From: Lama guanicoe
Lineage: Eukaryota
Reading direction: 5' to 3'
Assembly: GCA_013239625.1 (NCBI GenBank)
Contig: MU053629.1
Coordinates: forward strand, 158,676-222,675
DNA: 64,000 nt
Positions 38,791-52,603 of this stretch are shown piece by piece. The notes below the pieces were generated by a model that was not told where the DNA came from, did no database searches, and was given only the letters and a program-made list of their open reading frames with translations. The stretch's first letter is position 1. Each line of letters begins with the position of its first letter. A program made the translations under genes and the position numbers.

Positions 38791-41700
38791 TCCATATGGC
38801 AGGGCAAGAGCATAAAACCCGTCTATACTGGTAAGTGGGATTGACGCGCAAAATAATTTTTTCCAAAAAATAATCTGTCACCTAGTATTAGAACTTATTT
38901 TTAAATAATGTCAGGAATATATTACATTTCCCAATAAGTTTTTTTCCTACACATCTGTGATAGTTTGGGTCCCCTGAGAAGCAGATGTCAAGAGGGGCTT
39001 AGACAGACAAGAGATTCATTGAGGGAAACTCCAGCGAGAGGAAAGGAGTCGCAGGAGTCAGAGGAGGTGGAGGGAGCCTTCAGCCCACAGAGCAGGACTG
39101 CCCCCTGTGAAAGGAGAGGGGGGACATGGGAAGGCTGGGGAGGAAGAGTCTCAGACGGCAGCACAGTTCTAAGAATGTTCCAGATAGACTGAAATTAATT
39201 CACAAGGCTGCCTTAACAGGGCACCGTGGACGGGTGGCTAAACCGACAGAAATTTTCCCACAGTTCCGGAGGCTGGAAGTCTGAGTTCAAGGTGTTGGCA
39301 GGACCGGTGTTATCCGAGGCCTTTCTCCTTGGCTTGTCCATGGCTGTCTTCTCCTGTGTCTGCACCTCATCTCCCCTCTCTAGAGCTCTGTGTCCTCATC
39401 TCTTCTTCTGACAAGAGGGCCCACCCCAAGGACCTCATTTTAACTCAACTCCCTCTTCAAGGGCCCTATCTCTGAATACAGTCACATTCTGAGCCCCTGG
39501 GGGCTGGGATTTAGACGTATGAATTTGGGGGAAGGCAATTTAGTCCGTAACAGGCAGGTAGGGTGTCCTCAAGCCAAAGCTGCCCATCAGAGGAGCTGTG
39601 TCTCACATCAGTGGGCCACCATGAGTATCCCCACCATGTTCTGCCACTACAGGAGCGTGGCCCTGTGCAAGCACAGTGGTGGAGTCAAAGAACGGCCACA
39701 GCTGGGGCCTTCAGTTAATTCTCCTCCTGCCAGCAGGAGCTCTGTGGGGCATTTCCTTGGTCACTGCAACATTCGCACTTCATTGACTAACGTACTCAAG
39801 AAAAATTAATTGACCACTTATTAGGTACTAGGTGAGTGAGTCTCGACCCTGGTTATTTGACAACAAAATTAACAGTGGAGATTTTGTTTTCTAGTGCACT
39901 TTTCTGGGCCCCATCTCGGCAGGGGGTAACTGTGCCTGAGAACTCGTGTGCCAGGTGTTGGGGGGGGTAGGACGCTGAATGGGACAGCCTCTGCCCACCA
40001 GGAGCGTCCGGCCAGGAGATGGAAGCAACGTCTTCAGAAGCCTCATGCACAGAATAACAGCCTCATTATGGGGCCCTGGTTAAATCAGTAACTAGAACCA
40101 GCTGGAGGCAAAAAAAGGCTTGTGACTGTTATCAATCAGTAACAAATAAAGAGTCCCAGGGGGATAGGTTCTGAGACTCACACTCATCTTGCTTTCTCCC
40201 TCAGTCCTTCCTTGCCAGGAGCTTAATCTATACATCTTCAAGCTGAAACCGGGAGAAGCGACTCAGCTCAGCCTCTGAGCTTGGCGCAGCCTTGAATGCA
40301 GTGTGGCACACCAGAGTTGTGCTAAATAAAACACAGGCACAGCCCTGACTTTAACACAAGACCAGTGAGGCGTGGCAACTTTCCAGGTCAGTACACATCT
40401 ATGAGGTATTAAACACATGCACAGAGGAGCTGTTCCCACAAGACGCTTTCCAAGGCCATAGAAAGTGTTCACCTGGAAATATAAATTCATGTGTTCATAC
40501 CTCCTATGGTTAAAATTAGGATAAATCTATTTGAATATTATTCTGTCTTTTATTACTATTTAATGACACTTTAATTTTTTAATGAAATTGACTCAAGAGC
40601 TTGCAGATCCCCCGAAGCATCTCTGCAGGACCCCCGATCCCTGCCCGAGCTGAGCCTAATATGGCTGGAGGTACAAGGCCCAGGGAAGCGTGGTGTCTTG
40701 CCCGGGCTCGCACAGCCCACTAGTGGCCCAACCACAATGAGACAGCCTTCAGCTTCAGCCTCCTCGGTCAGTGCTCTTGAATTCTGGGAAGCTCCCCGTG
40801 CCCCACAGTGAGGGCAGCGGCAGACATCAGCATGTAGCCAAGCGGGAAGTCCTTTCCCACATGGGAGACAAAAGTCCCAAAATGACCGGTGGCCTTTATG
40901 ACTCAGCCTATGTTGTGGAGCATGGGAAAAAGAAGGGTTTGTTTGATTTGGTTCAGTTTTTGAGAAAGAGAAAAGCCAAGCTACATCACACCAAAGTCTG
41001 CAGGTGCTGGATCTGCACTGGGGCAGTCCTTCGGTAAACGTGGGGAAGGGACAGCGGCCGCTAGGGACTGGGGCAGAAGGTGGTGGGTTGGGGGCCGGGT
41101 GTGAGTCTGGATCAACAGAAGGGCATGCCCAGGAGGCCCGCAGCAGCAGTCTCTCCATCTGCCAGATAGTTGCAACAGCTATTCTAAGCACTGGCCCGAG
41201 GCCAGCTTTGATTGATTTTGGCAATAAAATTACATGTTCCAAAGCTCATCTGTTTTGGACCATAAATGACACAGAGAGCTATTACAGAATGTCAGATCTG
41301 TCCCACTGTTTGGGACAGTGTCCTCTCTATTAATACCTGTTTGGCCTCAATAATGATTCATGTAAGGCAGCAGAATAATTGAGTCACTGTCAGAATCATT
41401 TTTACTCACACCTCTCTCATCGTTATTGTACGTTCTCTTCTAGAGCCAAGCATTATTCATAGGTCCCTTTGACCGTGTTAACATTAAAGTCACCGACGGG
41501 CTCTTTTTTCACTCTGCTGAGCTGAGATGGTAAACATGAGAATAAAACATAATGGTTTCCTACGGTGGTTAGGAAGCCCTGCCGTTAGAGGCTAACCCCC
41601 CATTTTCTAATCATGGAACAAAGGAACAGTGATCAAACTTGGAATCAACAAATAAATTCCACCTCCATCCACACCTCAACTATTTCAGATGCCTCTCTGG

Positions 41701-44700
41701 TGCTGCCTCAGTGAAGCCAATTTCCCCTTCGGACCCACAAGCATCTTCTCGCTGCCCCAAACCAGGAGGCAACTGTGCACCTTCCTCTTTGCTCAGACTC
41801 CCCCTCCTTCAGGCCAGTGCTGTCAGTCCATCCCTGTGTCGCATGTGGGTCTTGGCCAGGGAACAAAGAACAGAAACCCTCTCCAACTAGCTCAACCGAA
41901 AACAGGGACTGTGTTGGAAGGAACTGAGGTGATCTCTCAGGAAGCTGAGCTCATGGGGAGACAGGACATACCTGAGGGAGCAAGGGTTCCTTCTCTTCAA
42001 CAATTTAAGGAGACACTGGTAGGAGGGTCACTGAGCTTGTGTTGGAAGCTTAGAGGAAGACGTGTGACGCAGGGGTTGCCGTGTCTAACAACTGACCTGC
42101 CGGTGGTCAAGAAGTCTGCCCTCCCGCCCTCGCTCCGCTGCCTTCCTCCGCGTGGCTGGTGCTGGCTCAGCCCGTTTGCAGTGTGGGAGAGGACCCCTGT
42201 CTACAGAACCTGGCGCTGGGGCCCCTTAGAGGCCTTCCAGCACCCGCCTTCTCAGTCCTTGAAATCACCCTGCCACATCCTCTGTCGGGGGTTCTTTGGC
42301 CTTGTTTATCTGATAGCTCCAGTGACAGGGAACTTAACTACCTCTTTCCTTTTTCAGACAGCTCTCACCATCGTCCCCACTCATCTCTCGTCCTGATCTT
42401 CTTACTCAGATTTATGAAAATGACTCTTCATTTTCCCACAGATCTTCTCTTTGAGAAGCTAAGCATTTCCGGGACCCTCAATAATCCCTCAAAGGGCATT
42501 CTCAGCGCCCCAGGACATCCCAGTGTCTGTTCCGGGATATCTTCCGGTGTATTGAAGTCCCTTCTAACTTGCAGCACCCAAAATTGAACCCTGTGCTCTG
42601 GATGTCGTCTGCTCTGCAAATGAAGGATGGATTATTTTTCATCCATACTCGTATTATTTTCCAATGTCATTATTTTCTGGTTATACTTTAAATTCAGTTT
42701 TCTGGTAGCCAGAATGTACCGTTGCCTCCCACAGAGCCACTTATCAATCAATGTGAGACTTTACATTTATTTATATCCATGACACTCCACCTTGTTGAAA
42801 TTAGGCTGCTGTTCCACCTTGCTGAAATGGTTGGGTCCTAATTTTACCGTCAAACTCACTGTCATTCATCTTTATATAGACCTCAAATTTGACAAGACAT
42901 ACACTATACATCTGAGTCACTGATATGAACATTGAACACGACTGTTCCAGATCAAAGCTCTTCCAGAGTGTATTTAGAAACCTTCCAGTCTGTCACCCAT
43001 TCTTCAATCAATAATGCTCTTTCAAACAGTCACAGATTAATCTCTCTCATAATTCAATCAGCATTTTTTCATCTTGTCCATTGAATGCCTCTTACAATCC
43101 AGACACACCATACCTGCTGCGCATCCCCAGTCTGACTGGCCAACAGTCCTACTGAAAGCAGGAGATAAAGATCACTGGGCATGATTCACAGTGAGCTGCT
43201 ATTACTTACTGGACTAAGAATTCACAAAATATTCATTTAATAATTACTTAGAGAGTGTCTTGACACCATCTTCTTCCTTTTTTGATAATCAGGGCAGTGT
43301 TTTCTTATCTTCAACCTTCTAGTATTTTCCTATTTTCCACCATGCCTCAGAGACGACTGACAAGCATTCTAGTCCATTTACCTTCAATTTGCCTGAACCA
43401 GGATATGAACTTATTCAAAACAGGTAGGTGCTTTTCCCCCCGTTCCTTCCCCTATCTTGTGCTTCCATTTCCTGGTCCCCGTGTTTTCCATTGTGCAGAT
43501 CATTAACCTTGACAGAATGGCAACGTTAAAAACACTTGTATTTTCTCTTTGTCACCTGTAAACATTACAGCATCTCCCCCAGCAAGAGACTCATGCCTTT
43601 TTTAGTTCTTCCTGCTCTGAACTAAAGAAAAAGTCATTATCCTGGTTCTTCAAGCCTAAGTTAATCCTGTGCTTCAGTCATCCTGCCTCTGTCTTAACAA
43701 ATTTATTCACGCATTCACCCAGTGGACAAACTTTTACTAGGAAATCTGCATCTTGTCTCCAAGTAAGATAAAGTAATTACACAGTAATTACATCTTCGTG
43801 ATGCTTTCTCCTTTGGCCAGATTTTGGTATTTGCATTATTTGCTTCTACACATCTTCTCAGCAATCAGAGAATCATATGTCACTTCTTTGGATGTAATTA
43901 GGGGGAAAAAAGGTTGCTGGAGGAAAAAAGAATGATAGTCCATATGGCAGGGCAAGAGTCAAGGTATTTACTACACATTCTGTGGGGAGAGAGAGAGTGA
44001 CAAGGAAATAAACCCTTGCATTATAACCACATCCCCCATTTGTGAGAAGAAGAGAGTTAAGCCATGCATTTAAGTGGGTTTCTTCTGGCACAAGGTGGGA
44101 ACTGATGCCAAGAATCACCAGCTTCAAGTCATAAAATCATACAAGGGAAACAGAATACCTCTAGGGATGCATATAAAGTAAATGCACATACAGACGTCTC
44201 ACTGAAACTGCAATGGAGGCAGATTCTGAAACATTCCTAAGGAACTGTACTTGATATGTGCAAAAATACTACTGGTGCTTTAGTAATGGTGTAGTGCTTG
44301 GTATTTTATTTCAGCTAGTTAGGCGTAAAAATTAAAATAAGGGTGTTTGGTAGATCTGTGACCTCAGTGTCTCCAATTCTACGTTTCAATTAAGGCCTTA
44401 AGTTATTTAAGTGTAAAATTCTCCCATCCCATCCCAGGGGTTTCAGGCACCTAGTGCTTGAGCTTAAGCGGTCGCTGATGTGTCGAAGCCACGTGTACAT
44501 GGTAGGAGGAACCGATGAAAGCCCAGAGAGTGAAGAAGCTTCTTGGGACAGCAGGGTGTCCCGACTTTCAGGGTGAGTAGGAGAGAAAGGACCACCTGCG
44601 CAGAGGCCCCAGCCGGTGCTGAGGCAGGCAGGGTAACCCAACCCGCACAGGGAAACACCCAGGGCTGACCAAGGGAAGGAGCAGCAGGAGGGAAGGCCAG

Positions 44701-45414
44701 GCAGCAGAGCCAGGCCCATCCCTGAAGGGCCTCAAACGTCCCAGCAGGGAGCCTAGAATTTCTCCTGCGAGGAGGGGAGAACTAACGTGGTTTGTGAGCC
44801 TTCGGGGTGGTATGTTGCAAGCCTACTTGTGACTTCAAAGGACAAGGCAGGAGACCGTTTGCATCATGAGCTCCCTGGGGACCAGGGGAGGCGTCATCTT
44901 CTGCTTTGCTTCTGTTACTTTTTTTGTGTATTCTCTTTAAGACAACATTGACAGTTGTTGGGCTAGGCCATAAAATGGGAGTTTATTCTGCTTTGTCTCT
45001 GAAAAGACATGAATCACTCTTTCTGGCTGCAGGTCCTCTATCTGTTAAATCAGGTCACAGTACTTCCCCCGCTGCCTCATAGCCAGGAAGAGCTACCATA
45101 TTTTTGACATCTCACTGTGTGCAGGCAGTGTGCACATGCAGTATCTCATTTAACCCTCATAACAACCTACTAGAGTGAACTGTTAAATGTCCCCACTATA
45201 TGGATGAAGGGATTGAGGTTTGGGGAGGGCATGTGACATCCCTTAGGTCTTACAGGTGTAAGTGGCATAGCCAGGAGATTCCTTAGATGAATTTCCCAGT
45301 GATTTGAAGGGTGATCACTGTGAGGCTCCCCCCGACCCGCCCCCGGATTCTAGGTATTACTGTACTGCGGATGGAGGAAGCATTAGGAAGCTTTCGTCCT
45401 CCCAACGAAACTTT

Positions 45415-45898
45415 TGAGACAGAAGGGAAGGGGGCAGGGCACGACCATTGAAAGAATGACACAGCAACTGAGGACAGGACATAAACCGGTTAGAACCAAC
45501 TCAGCCCAAGACGGCAGAAGACTAGACTTCCTGTAGACCTTGGCCTCTTTACAGGCTCATTGTAACATATTAGCATGCACAATGACACACCCACAGGTGC
45601 ACGACAGTTTCCAAGGTGACCGTAAAAGGCCCAAAAGTGGGCAACGGCCCAATTCCTGGAAATGCCCACCCTTTTCCCCAAATAGTTGGAATAAACCTCC
45701 CACTTGTCAGCATATGAAATTAACCAGCCCGTAAAAACTAACCACTCTCACTCCTCGGGGCCACCTCTCTTGCCTTCTGAGTGGGTCCGCACTCTGCCTA
45801 TGGGGTATGTGTCTCCCTGAATAAACTTGCCTTCACATTGCTCTGGCTCGCTCTTGAATTCTTTCCCGCAAGAGACAAGAACCGACCCTACGGCAACA
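45415..45898 (+). mobile_element. Solo ERV1-type LTR
   Basis: TG...CA termini (tgagacag...ggcaaca), AATAAA near 45820, U5-like cttgaattctttc...gacaagaac, flanks cttt/gttt (4-bp TSD with 1 mismatch). Confidence 0.72.
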
Positions 45899-48800
45899 GT
45901 TTCACCGTCGGCACCACGTACCTCCCTTCTCTCTCCTGTCAACCCGCTGCCGTCATTTTGTGCTTAGAATATGGGGTTAGTGATTTTAATGCAGCCCCTC
46001 CCAGGCCTCCCCAGAATTCAACAGTCTGGGAAGCATAATTCAGCTCCCACCTTCAGCAACACGGCGACGCCACTTGCCTTTTTTCCACTTACTCATCACA
46101 GCAGTGATTCAGAGCCGCGCTGTTCTGACGGCAATTCATGCCTGTGCTGCTGTGTGCAGGTGTTGGCTGTGACTTCCCGTTAGGGCACTGATGTTATTTT
46201 TACCTGAGCCGGGATTAAATGACTTAGCTTATAGCAAAAGTGGAACCAAAAGTCCTCGGGAACCCCGGGGAAGAATTGGTCAGATGGTTTTGAATGTGTG
46301 ATGTTTTTTCCTTTGATAGAAAAGAAGATAACATACTAATGTAATTAAGAGGCTGCTGTGGTGTGATGGGAAGAGTAGAAGAAGTGAAGTCAGAAGACCA
46401 ACTCTCCTCCCCTCTTTCTGCTGGATTTGGAGTTGTTTTTGTTCATTAAGAGGTAAGTCACACATCATAATAAAATTCACCCTTTAAAAGGGTATAATTC
46501 AATAGTTTTCAGTATATCCACAAAGTCATGCTACCATCACCCCTCTCTGATTCCAGAACATTTTCTCATCCCCCAAAGTAACTGCACACCCAAGTGCAGT
46601 CACTCCCTATGTCCTTTACTTGTGCTGATGCCACCTCAGCTTGCTCGCTCCCCTCCCGTCCCCCAACCCCGAATCCCCCAGCCATCACCCGTCTGGTCAC
46701 CAGAGATGAAGTCCCTCTGGCTGAGCACAGGGACAGGGCCATTGCTGTTTGATAAGCATAAAGGTGGCTCTGCTGTCCGGCACAATGTCATCCCTGATGG
46801 CAGAGAACCACCACCACCAGGCTACAACTGATATCCGGGCAAACAGATAAATAAGCCCTGAGAGAGAGCGGGGCCCTGACTGCCGGCATGGGTCTCTGCC
46901 ACACAACCACACTCAAGAAACGGACTCTCCAGCCTCCGTAAGGCAGCCTCAGGGATTAGGAAGACAGCGGTGCATCCCACCTAGGGCAGAAACGTCACCC
47001 TTGGAACTCGTCCACAGTTTCTGCCTCCTGCATTGCTCCTGCGGAGGGGAATGCTCATTCCCTAGCCCAGGTTTTCATGGACGGGAGGGAATTGATGCTC
47101 TAAGCCAGAGGAGGCGCAGTGTGCAAGAGAAACAGCTTGCCGGCCCCTCCCCCACTCCTCCCCAAGGAGGGAGAGACTCAGCACCAGCTTTAAAAAAAAA
47201 GTATATAGAATGTATGATACAATATGATTCAATATGATGTGATATGATACGGTATAATATACAGTGTATTATATGATATATACAATGTATATTTACATCT
47301 TTGTTTTTGTCCATCCACCAGAACATAGTGTTCAAGAGAGCAGAGAGTTGGCCCCACCTCCAACGCCTAGAATTGTGCTTGAAACAGAGTAGATGCTGTA
47401 TGAATACGTGTTGAGTAAACAGAGGAGAGAAGTTAGGACAATAGAAAAGTGGCCGGAGGCCAAAGGCCAAAACTGAACCCAGAAGAGTTTGTCACTAGTA
47501 GGAGAAGCCCTAACTATTGAGATTCGCATTTCTCTAAAAGTTGTATTTTTATCATGTTTTAAGATGTTCTACTTCAGGACACTTAGCACAACAGGACCAT
47601 TGTTTGGCGAGCCCAGCCCTGCCAGCCAGAGTTGGCTGCTTCAGCCTCCCGGCTGCTCTTCCGTCCTCAGGACTCAGCTTCCAGGCCTGCGCATCCATGC
47701 TCAGCTGGACAAAAGAACCCCCGGTGACCCCTCCTCCCTGGCGGCTGAGTCAGGGTGCAGGCTCAGAACAGGCAGCTTGGTGTGTCTTTCCGGGCATGAC
47801 CGGTTCTCTCCAGCAGGGATGGGCTGGCCAGTCGTTCCCCCAGGGCAGCCCTGTATATGGGGCACTGAAGCCCCACCAGAAACGCAGTGATGCTGAGAAC
47901 ATCACAGCTCCTGCAACACCGTACTGTACATAGTTATAAACTGCGACCTTTTAGAACCCCAAGATGTGTCCTCTGGTAGCAACAGTAAAAACCCTGGCTG
48001 CCTCCAGAGTTCTGCTTTGCTGAGAGGGGTCTACAAACAGCTCTGGTTTGGATCCAGACAGGAGAGGCTTTTGGTGGTGAGAGCCCTGCCTCCTTGCTCT
48101 TCCCCCAGACAGGCAGGCGCTCCTCCAAACAAGCTTTGAAGGGGCTCTAAACTGCGATCCTGCCCACGGTGCCCATGCACTTGACCCACTCCTGCCCCCT
48201 CCCTTGTACTGTACCCCACGTTGCACCATTCCTCCTAATCCATCTTAACTTCCAGTCTTGCCCCCGACCCCATGGTGGTCTCAAACACTCAGAGCAACCA
48301 CAGGGTGAAAATGACATTTGTTTTGGCCAAATGTCCTCTGAAAGAGTCCAATCTACATCTGACACTCTCCAAGGGCATCCCAGGCTTAGCTTCAAATTTC
48401 ACTTCAATGCTTCCCAGTGGAGTGATTACACAATTCACACTGAGTCTTTTACCTGAAGGAACCTTTGTCTCTTGGTATCTGCAGGAACCTAAATCTAAAT
48501 GTAAAAGGAGAAAGTAAAGGCCATGTGCAAGCTGGCTCAGCATCCCTCAATGGTGTTCATTCAGCCCAGTATTAAGGTCAATGATATTTTGTCATGGTCT
48601 ACATTGGGGCAGAGCCTTTCATTAGACAGGAAGCTCCGGGCAAGCTTGATTTTCTTGACCTCTCTAATTGAATACATTTCTCCTTATCCCTGGCAAAGAG
48701 AGTGGAAAAACACTTTTAGAACTCAGTCCACCAATTGTAGCCTTAACAGGTTGGGTGACCTACTCGGCCCTAGGTTTCATTGTCCACCCGTTGCCCAAGG

Positions 48801-51800
48801 GCATCTGGCTGGTTGGTCTGCAGCCACCATGAGTTTGTTTCCAGACCAGGATCTTCAGGCTAGAGGCTCTTTATCTTTCTCCCTTACCTAAACAGCAGAA
48901 CAATAACCAGAGTGTGTTTAACAACGAAGGAATGAGGGTAAGCAAATTTGATTTTAAGACCATGACGTCAAACAGGATAAAGCATCAGTTTGGTGCTGCA
49001 GGTGGTTTCACACAGGTTTGAGTCTATATGGTTCAGACTGTGACCTCCCTGACATCAGCCCTACAGACACGCAAGGAGAGCCTGTTAGACTAGGGGCAAC
49101 TATACAAAATACTCTGCTCCCAAAGATGTGATTGTGGCAAACATTGCTTTGTGACATGAGTCTTACAGCAAGCAGCCACATACACGTGGTCGCCCCCTAA
49201 CAAAACCACATGGACTATATAAGGAGCAATTTTTAACAAAGTAAACTCAAGTCCACAGATATTTCATCATCTGAAAATGCAACTTCTGGTTGGCCAGTAG
49301 CGGTTACTAACATTGTCCAGAATCTCTTGCTTATGAGGTTACTTTTCCCCTGAAGATTCAGGCCAAGCAGTCTTCTTGATTCCCATTCCCCTGGGTAGAA
49401 TTGACCACTTTGTTTCCCAAGGTACCCTGTACATGCCTTTACTGACGTGCATGCTGCTGATGCATCCAGTTTTGTCCACGTCTCTCTTGCAGGAAAGAGG
49501 AATCTCTTTCTCTCTGCCCAGGGTAGAGGGTAGAGGGGAATCTCACTATTTCTCCATGGAATCTCGTTTCTACCAAATATACGTTTGTTGAATTAGTAAA
49601 CAAAGTTTTGTGGTATGGTGCAGAATGTATGTTTTCTGCAGTCAGCTTAATTTTTCCCGTTATTGAAACCATGACCCATAACAAAGACTAAAAAGAGTCA
49701 AAGTGTAGGAGACAGTAACTTCCTGTTTCACATTTTCTTTAGCCCACACATTTTCCTCCACCTTTTTCCTTCAAAGAGCATTTGTTTTAAGACCCTGTTC
49801 AGATTTTGTGTAATATAATTCTGTAAATTATGCAGTGATGGGTATAGTTGACAATACAGCCAGAGACTCTATTTTTGTCCAGTCTCTGACACTAACCAAC
49901 TAGGAAAGTCACTTCCTCACCTGCTGGTTATAAACAGGGGTGGTGAACGGCTTCCATTTCAAGGACCAGCACGCATCAATTGGTAATAATCACACAAAAT
50001 ATCATGTTGGGGGACTACTCTCAACTCCTGAGTTCTGTGGGAAAGAATTCTGGGCCTGATTAGTGGTATCTGCTGGTGGATATTTGCCATCCTTGTATAA
50101 ATGTTCTGAAGCACCTCTTCTAATCTCTAAACTTCTGATTTATTTTTAGTAGTTCATAGACTACACAGCATCTTAAATTTTTTTTTCAATGAAGTATAGT
50201 TGATTTACAATGTTGTGTTAGTTCACAGCAATGTGATACCGAGCATCTTTTAACATTAATAACAAATATATTTAATATATTTAAATATATTAAAAATAAA
50301 ATATATATAATAAATATAAATAATAAATAATAAACATATTATATATGGTCAGGATGCATTCAATGTTTACTAGATCCTGGTACCGTCCAAAATACTTTGC
50401 CTAGATTATGTCATTTTACCCCCACAACAATGCTGTGGGGCCTGTGCTATTATTATTCATGTTATGCAGGGTGAGGAAACTGAGACTCAGAGGTTGAGTG
50501 GCTGGCAAGATCACAGAGCTGTAACAGTGAAACCAGGATTCACACTCTGAGGGTCTTTCTCTAGAAACCGTGTTCTTAATCACTCTGTCGAGGTGCCCAT
50601 TCCATTTGAGCTTCTTTCTCAACGACAGACTAAAATAAAGACTGCAACTGGCAAAAAATAAGCATGTTCAGAGATTAGGAATCTGCTTGCATGCTAACTG
50701 ACAGGCAATGATTTGCAACCTGAAATAACACATGGCTGTACAAATATTGACCGTTCCTGAATCACTGGTGGTACAGGCAAAACTGTCTGAAAGCTGGGAA
50801 AACTGACACATAATCATTTTGCACCAGTGCTAGTGAGTTAAGAAAGTTGTGATATTCTAGGTAAAATGAAACAGGAAATTTTTCCTTATCTCCCTTTTAA
50901 AGATGGAAAGAAGGATTAAGAACTTCCATGGGGGCTTTGATGCCGAAACTGCAATTGTTTCAGCAACTTCCTTGACACGCCATCTTCAGCTCCGCTCTGT
51001 TCCATGCTCCCTGATGCTCAGCAGACGACCTCCTCTCTAATATATTCACGTTGTTCCTAGCCCGTTCGGCCAAGTAGACTCACCCATGCATTATGACCCT
51101 GCCAGTCCATCAGGGCCAGTCTCACCTGCTAGCAGCTTCCCCAGGCTCAGATCAGAAGAGGCTTTGTGCAATTTAGCGTAATGAGTTACCAGGGACGGCT
51201 GTGAAGGACCAGTTCCCCAAATTCAACTGACCAGCAGGTGGAACACAGGACCCGGTCAAATTTCCTTTTGTTGAAACCTGAGAAGCACCCTCCCCCAACT
51301 GCCAAGTTTAGAAAAAGGCATTCCCACTGGTGCCTAGCAGGTGAGAGGATGTGCAATACTGCTTTCAGGAGAAAGATGCTACCTTTCGTTGTATTGTGTA
51401 CATTAATTTTCTTCTGTCTTTTTTCATCATTACTCTATTCACTCCTCTCTATCCAAGACTAAACTTTGTGTCTTCTGTGCTCTGGACCTCATCCTTGAAA
51501 AGAATTTTCTTCCCTCCTGTTGGGGCTATGGTTTTAAATTAATCTCTTTCTTTAACTTTTAAATTAATCTCATTAATTAAATTAAACTAATCTCATTCAT
51601 TAACTACACTAATGGATTCTCCATGTAGAAACTAAGATCTGCAGATAAGGCTAAAGTCAGATAGGTAGTTGAAAATATGAATCTTGAAAGGAGTGGACTG
51701 GAAATGAAGCAGGCACTGAAGTTGTGGCCATTGATGAGATTCTAGAGAGAATTTTCTCCTCTCTTAAACCCTTTTAAAAACAGATTCTTCCCCTCAGCAT

Positions 51801-52576
51801 AAGTAACCCTGAATCACCCTCATCTTCAGAAACAAAACCAACAAACCAAACCAAAGAAGCTCCCCTCTTCCTAAATCTTTTCCTGGTTATCACCTGACAC
51901 TTTCCATCCTCCCCTCCCACCCACTCCTTTTAAGGTTTTCTCTGTATCGTCTTACTTCTGCGGTTTCACTACAATGTATCTTGCTTCAGTTTTCCCTGGG
52001 TTCGACCTAAACAAAGAGCAAGAGTTTGTTTACACCAAGAGTTTCCAAAAAAACCCAAGCGTATTGTATTGCTGCCTTCTACTACCCTTGACCCACGGAG
52101 CTGGGAGTAGGAGTGGGGAAGCTGGAAGGTACCTGCACAATTACACCCACCCAGCTGTGCTCCCAGCTAGACCAATGGCGGGCCCCCTAAAGGCGAGGAG
52201 CCAGGGTATGTGGAGCATTTGTGTCTGCAGTTCCGGGCACTGGCCCTGCTCCTCTGAGCTGGGAGTTGCTCTTTGCTAAAGCAAGCACTTGCTTTGTCAA
52301 GAGTTTATCGGGGCATACCTGTGATCGCTACCAGACACGCCCAGCAAGCTCACTCCTCTCCTCTACCCCAGTCAATCCATCACACTACTGTGTTCACTCT
52401 TACATCATCATGTATCATCATAAAAACCTGTTTATGTTTTTCAGCCTAAGATCCTTTTTATTCTGGTGACCCTCTAAAAGAGTCTCAATATATGACATAT
52501 TAAGTCAGTAAGCCCCTGGACCAAAATGGAAGACACCAAATTTCCTCCCACTATATTGTTATAAATGCACGTGCAC

Positions 52577-52603
52577 GCACACACACACACACACACACAC
52601 ACA
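52577..52603. repeat. (CA)n microsatellite
   Basis: Run of about 12 CA units. Confidence 0.9.

Larger units (their letters stand above)
33665..43958 (+). repeat. Direct tandem duplication, two copies of about 5.15 kb (33665-38810 and 38811-43958)
   Basis: ORF sets recur at offsets of 5146 and 5148. Junction ...gggcaagag|cataaaaccc at 38810/38811. Confidence 0.98.

Noticed and set aside
47210..47290. (ATATG)-like array, and the AT-rich tract at 50265-50345
   Set aside because: Ordinary low-complexity sequence.
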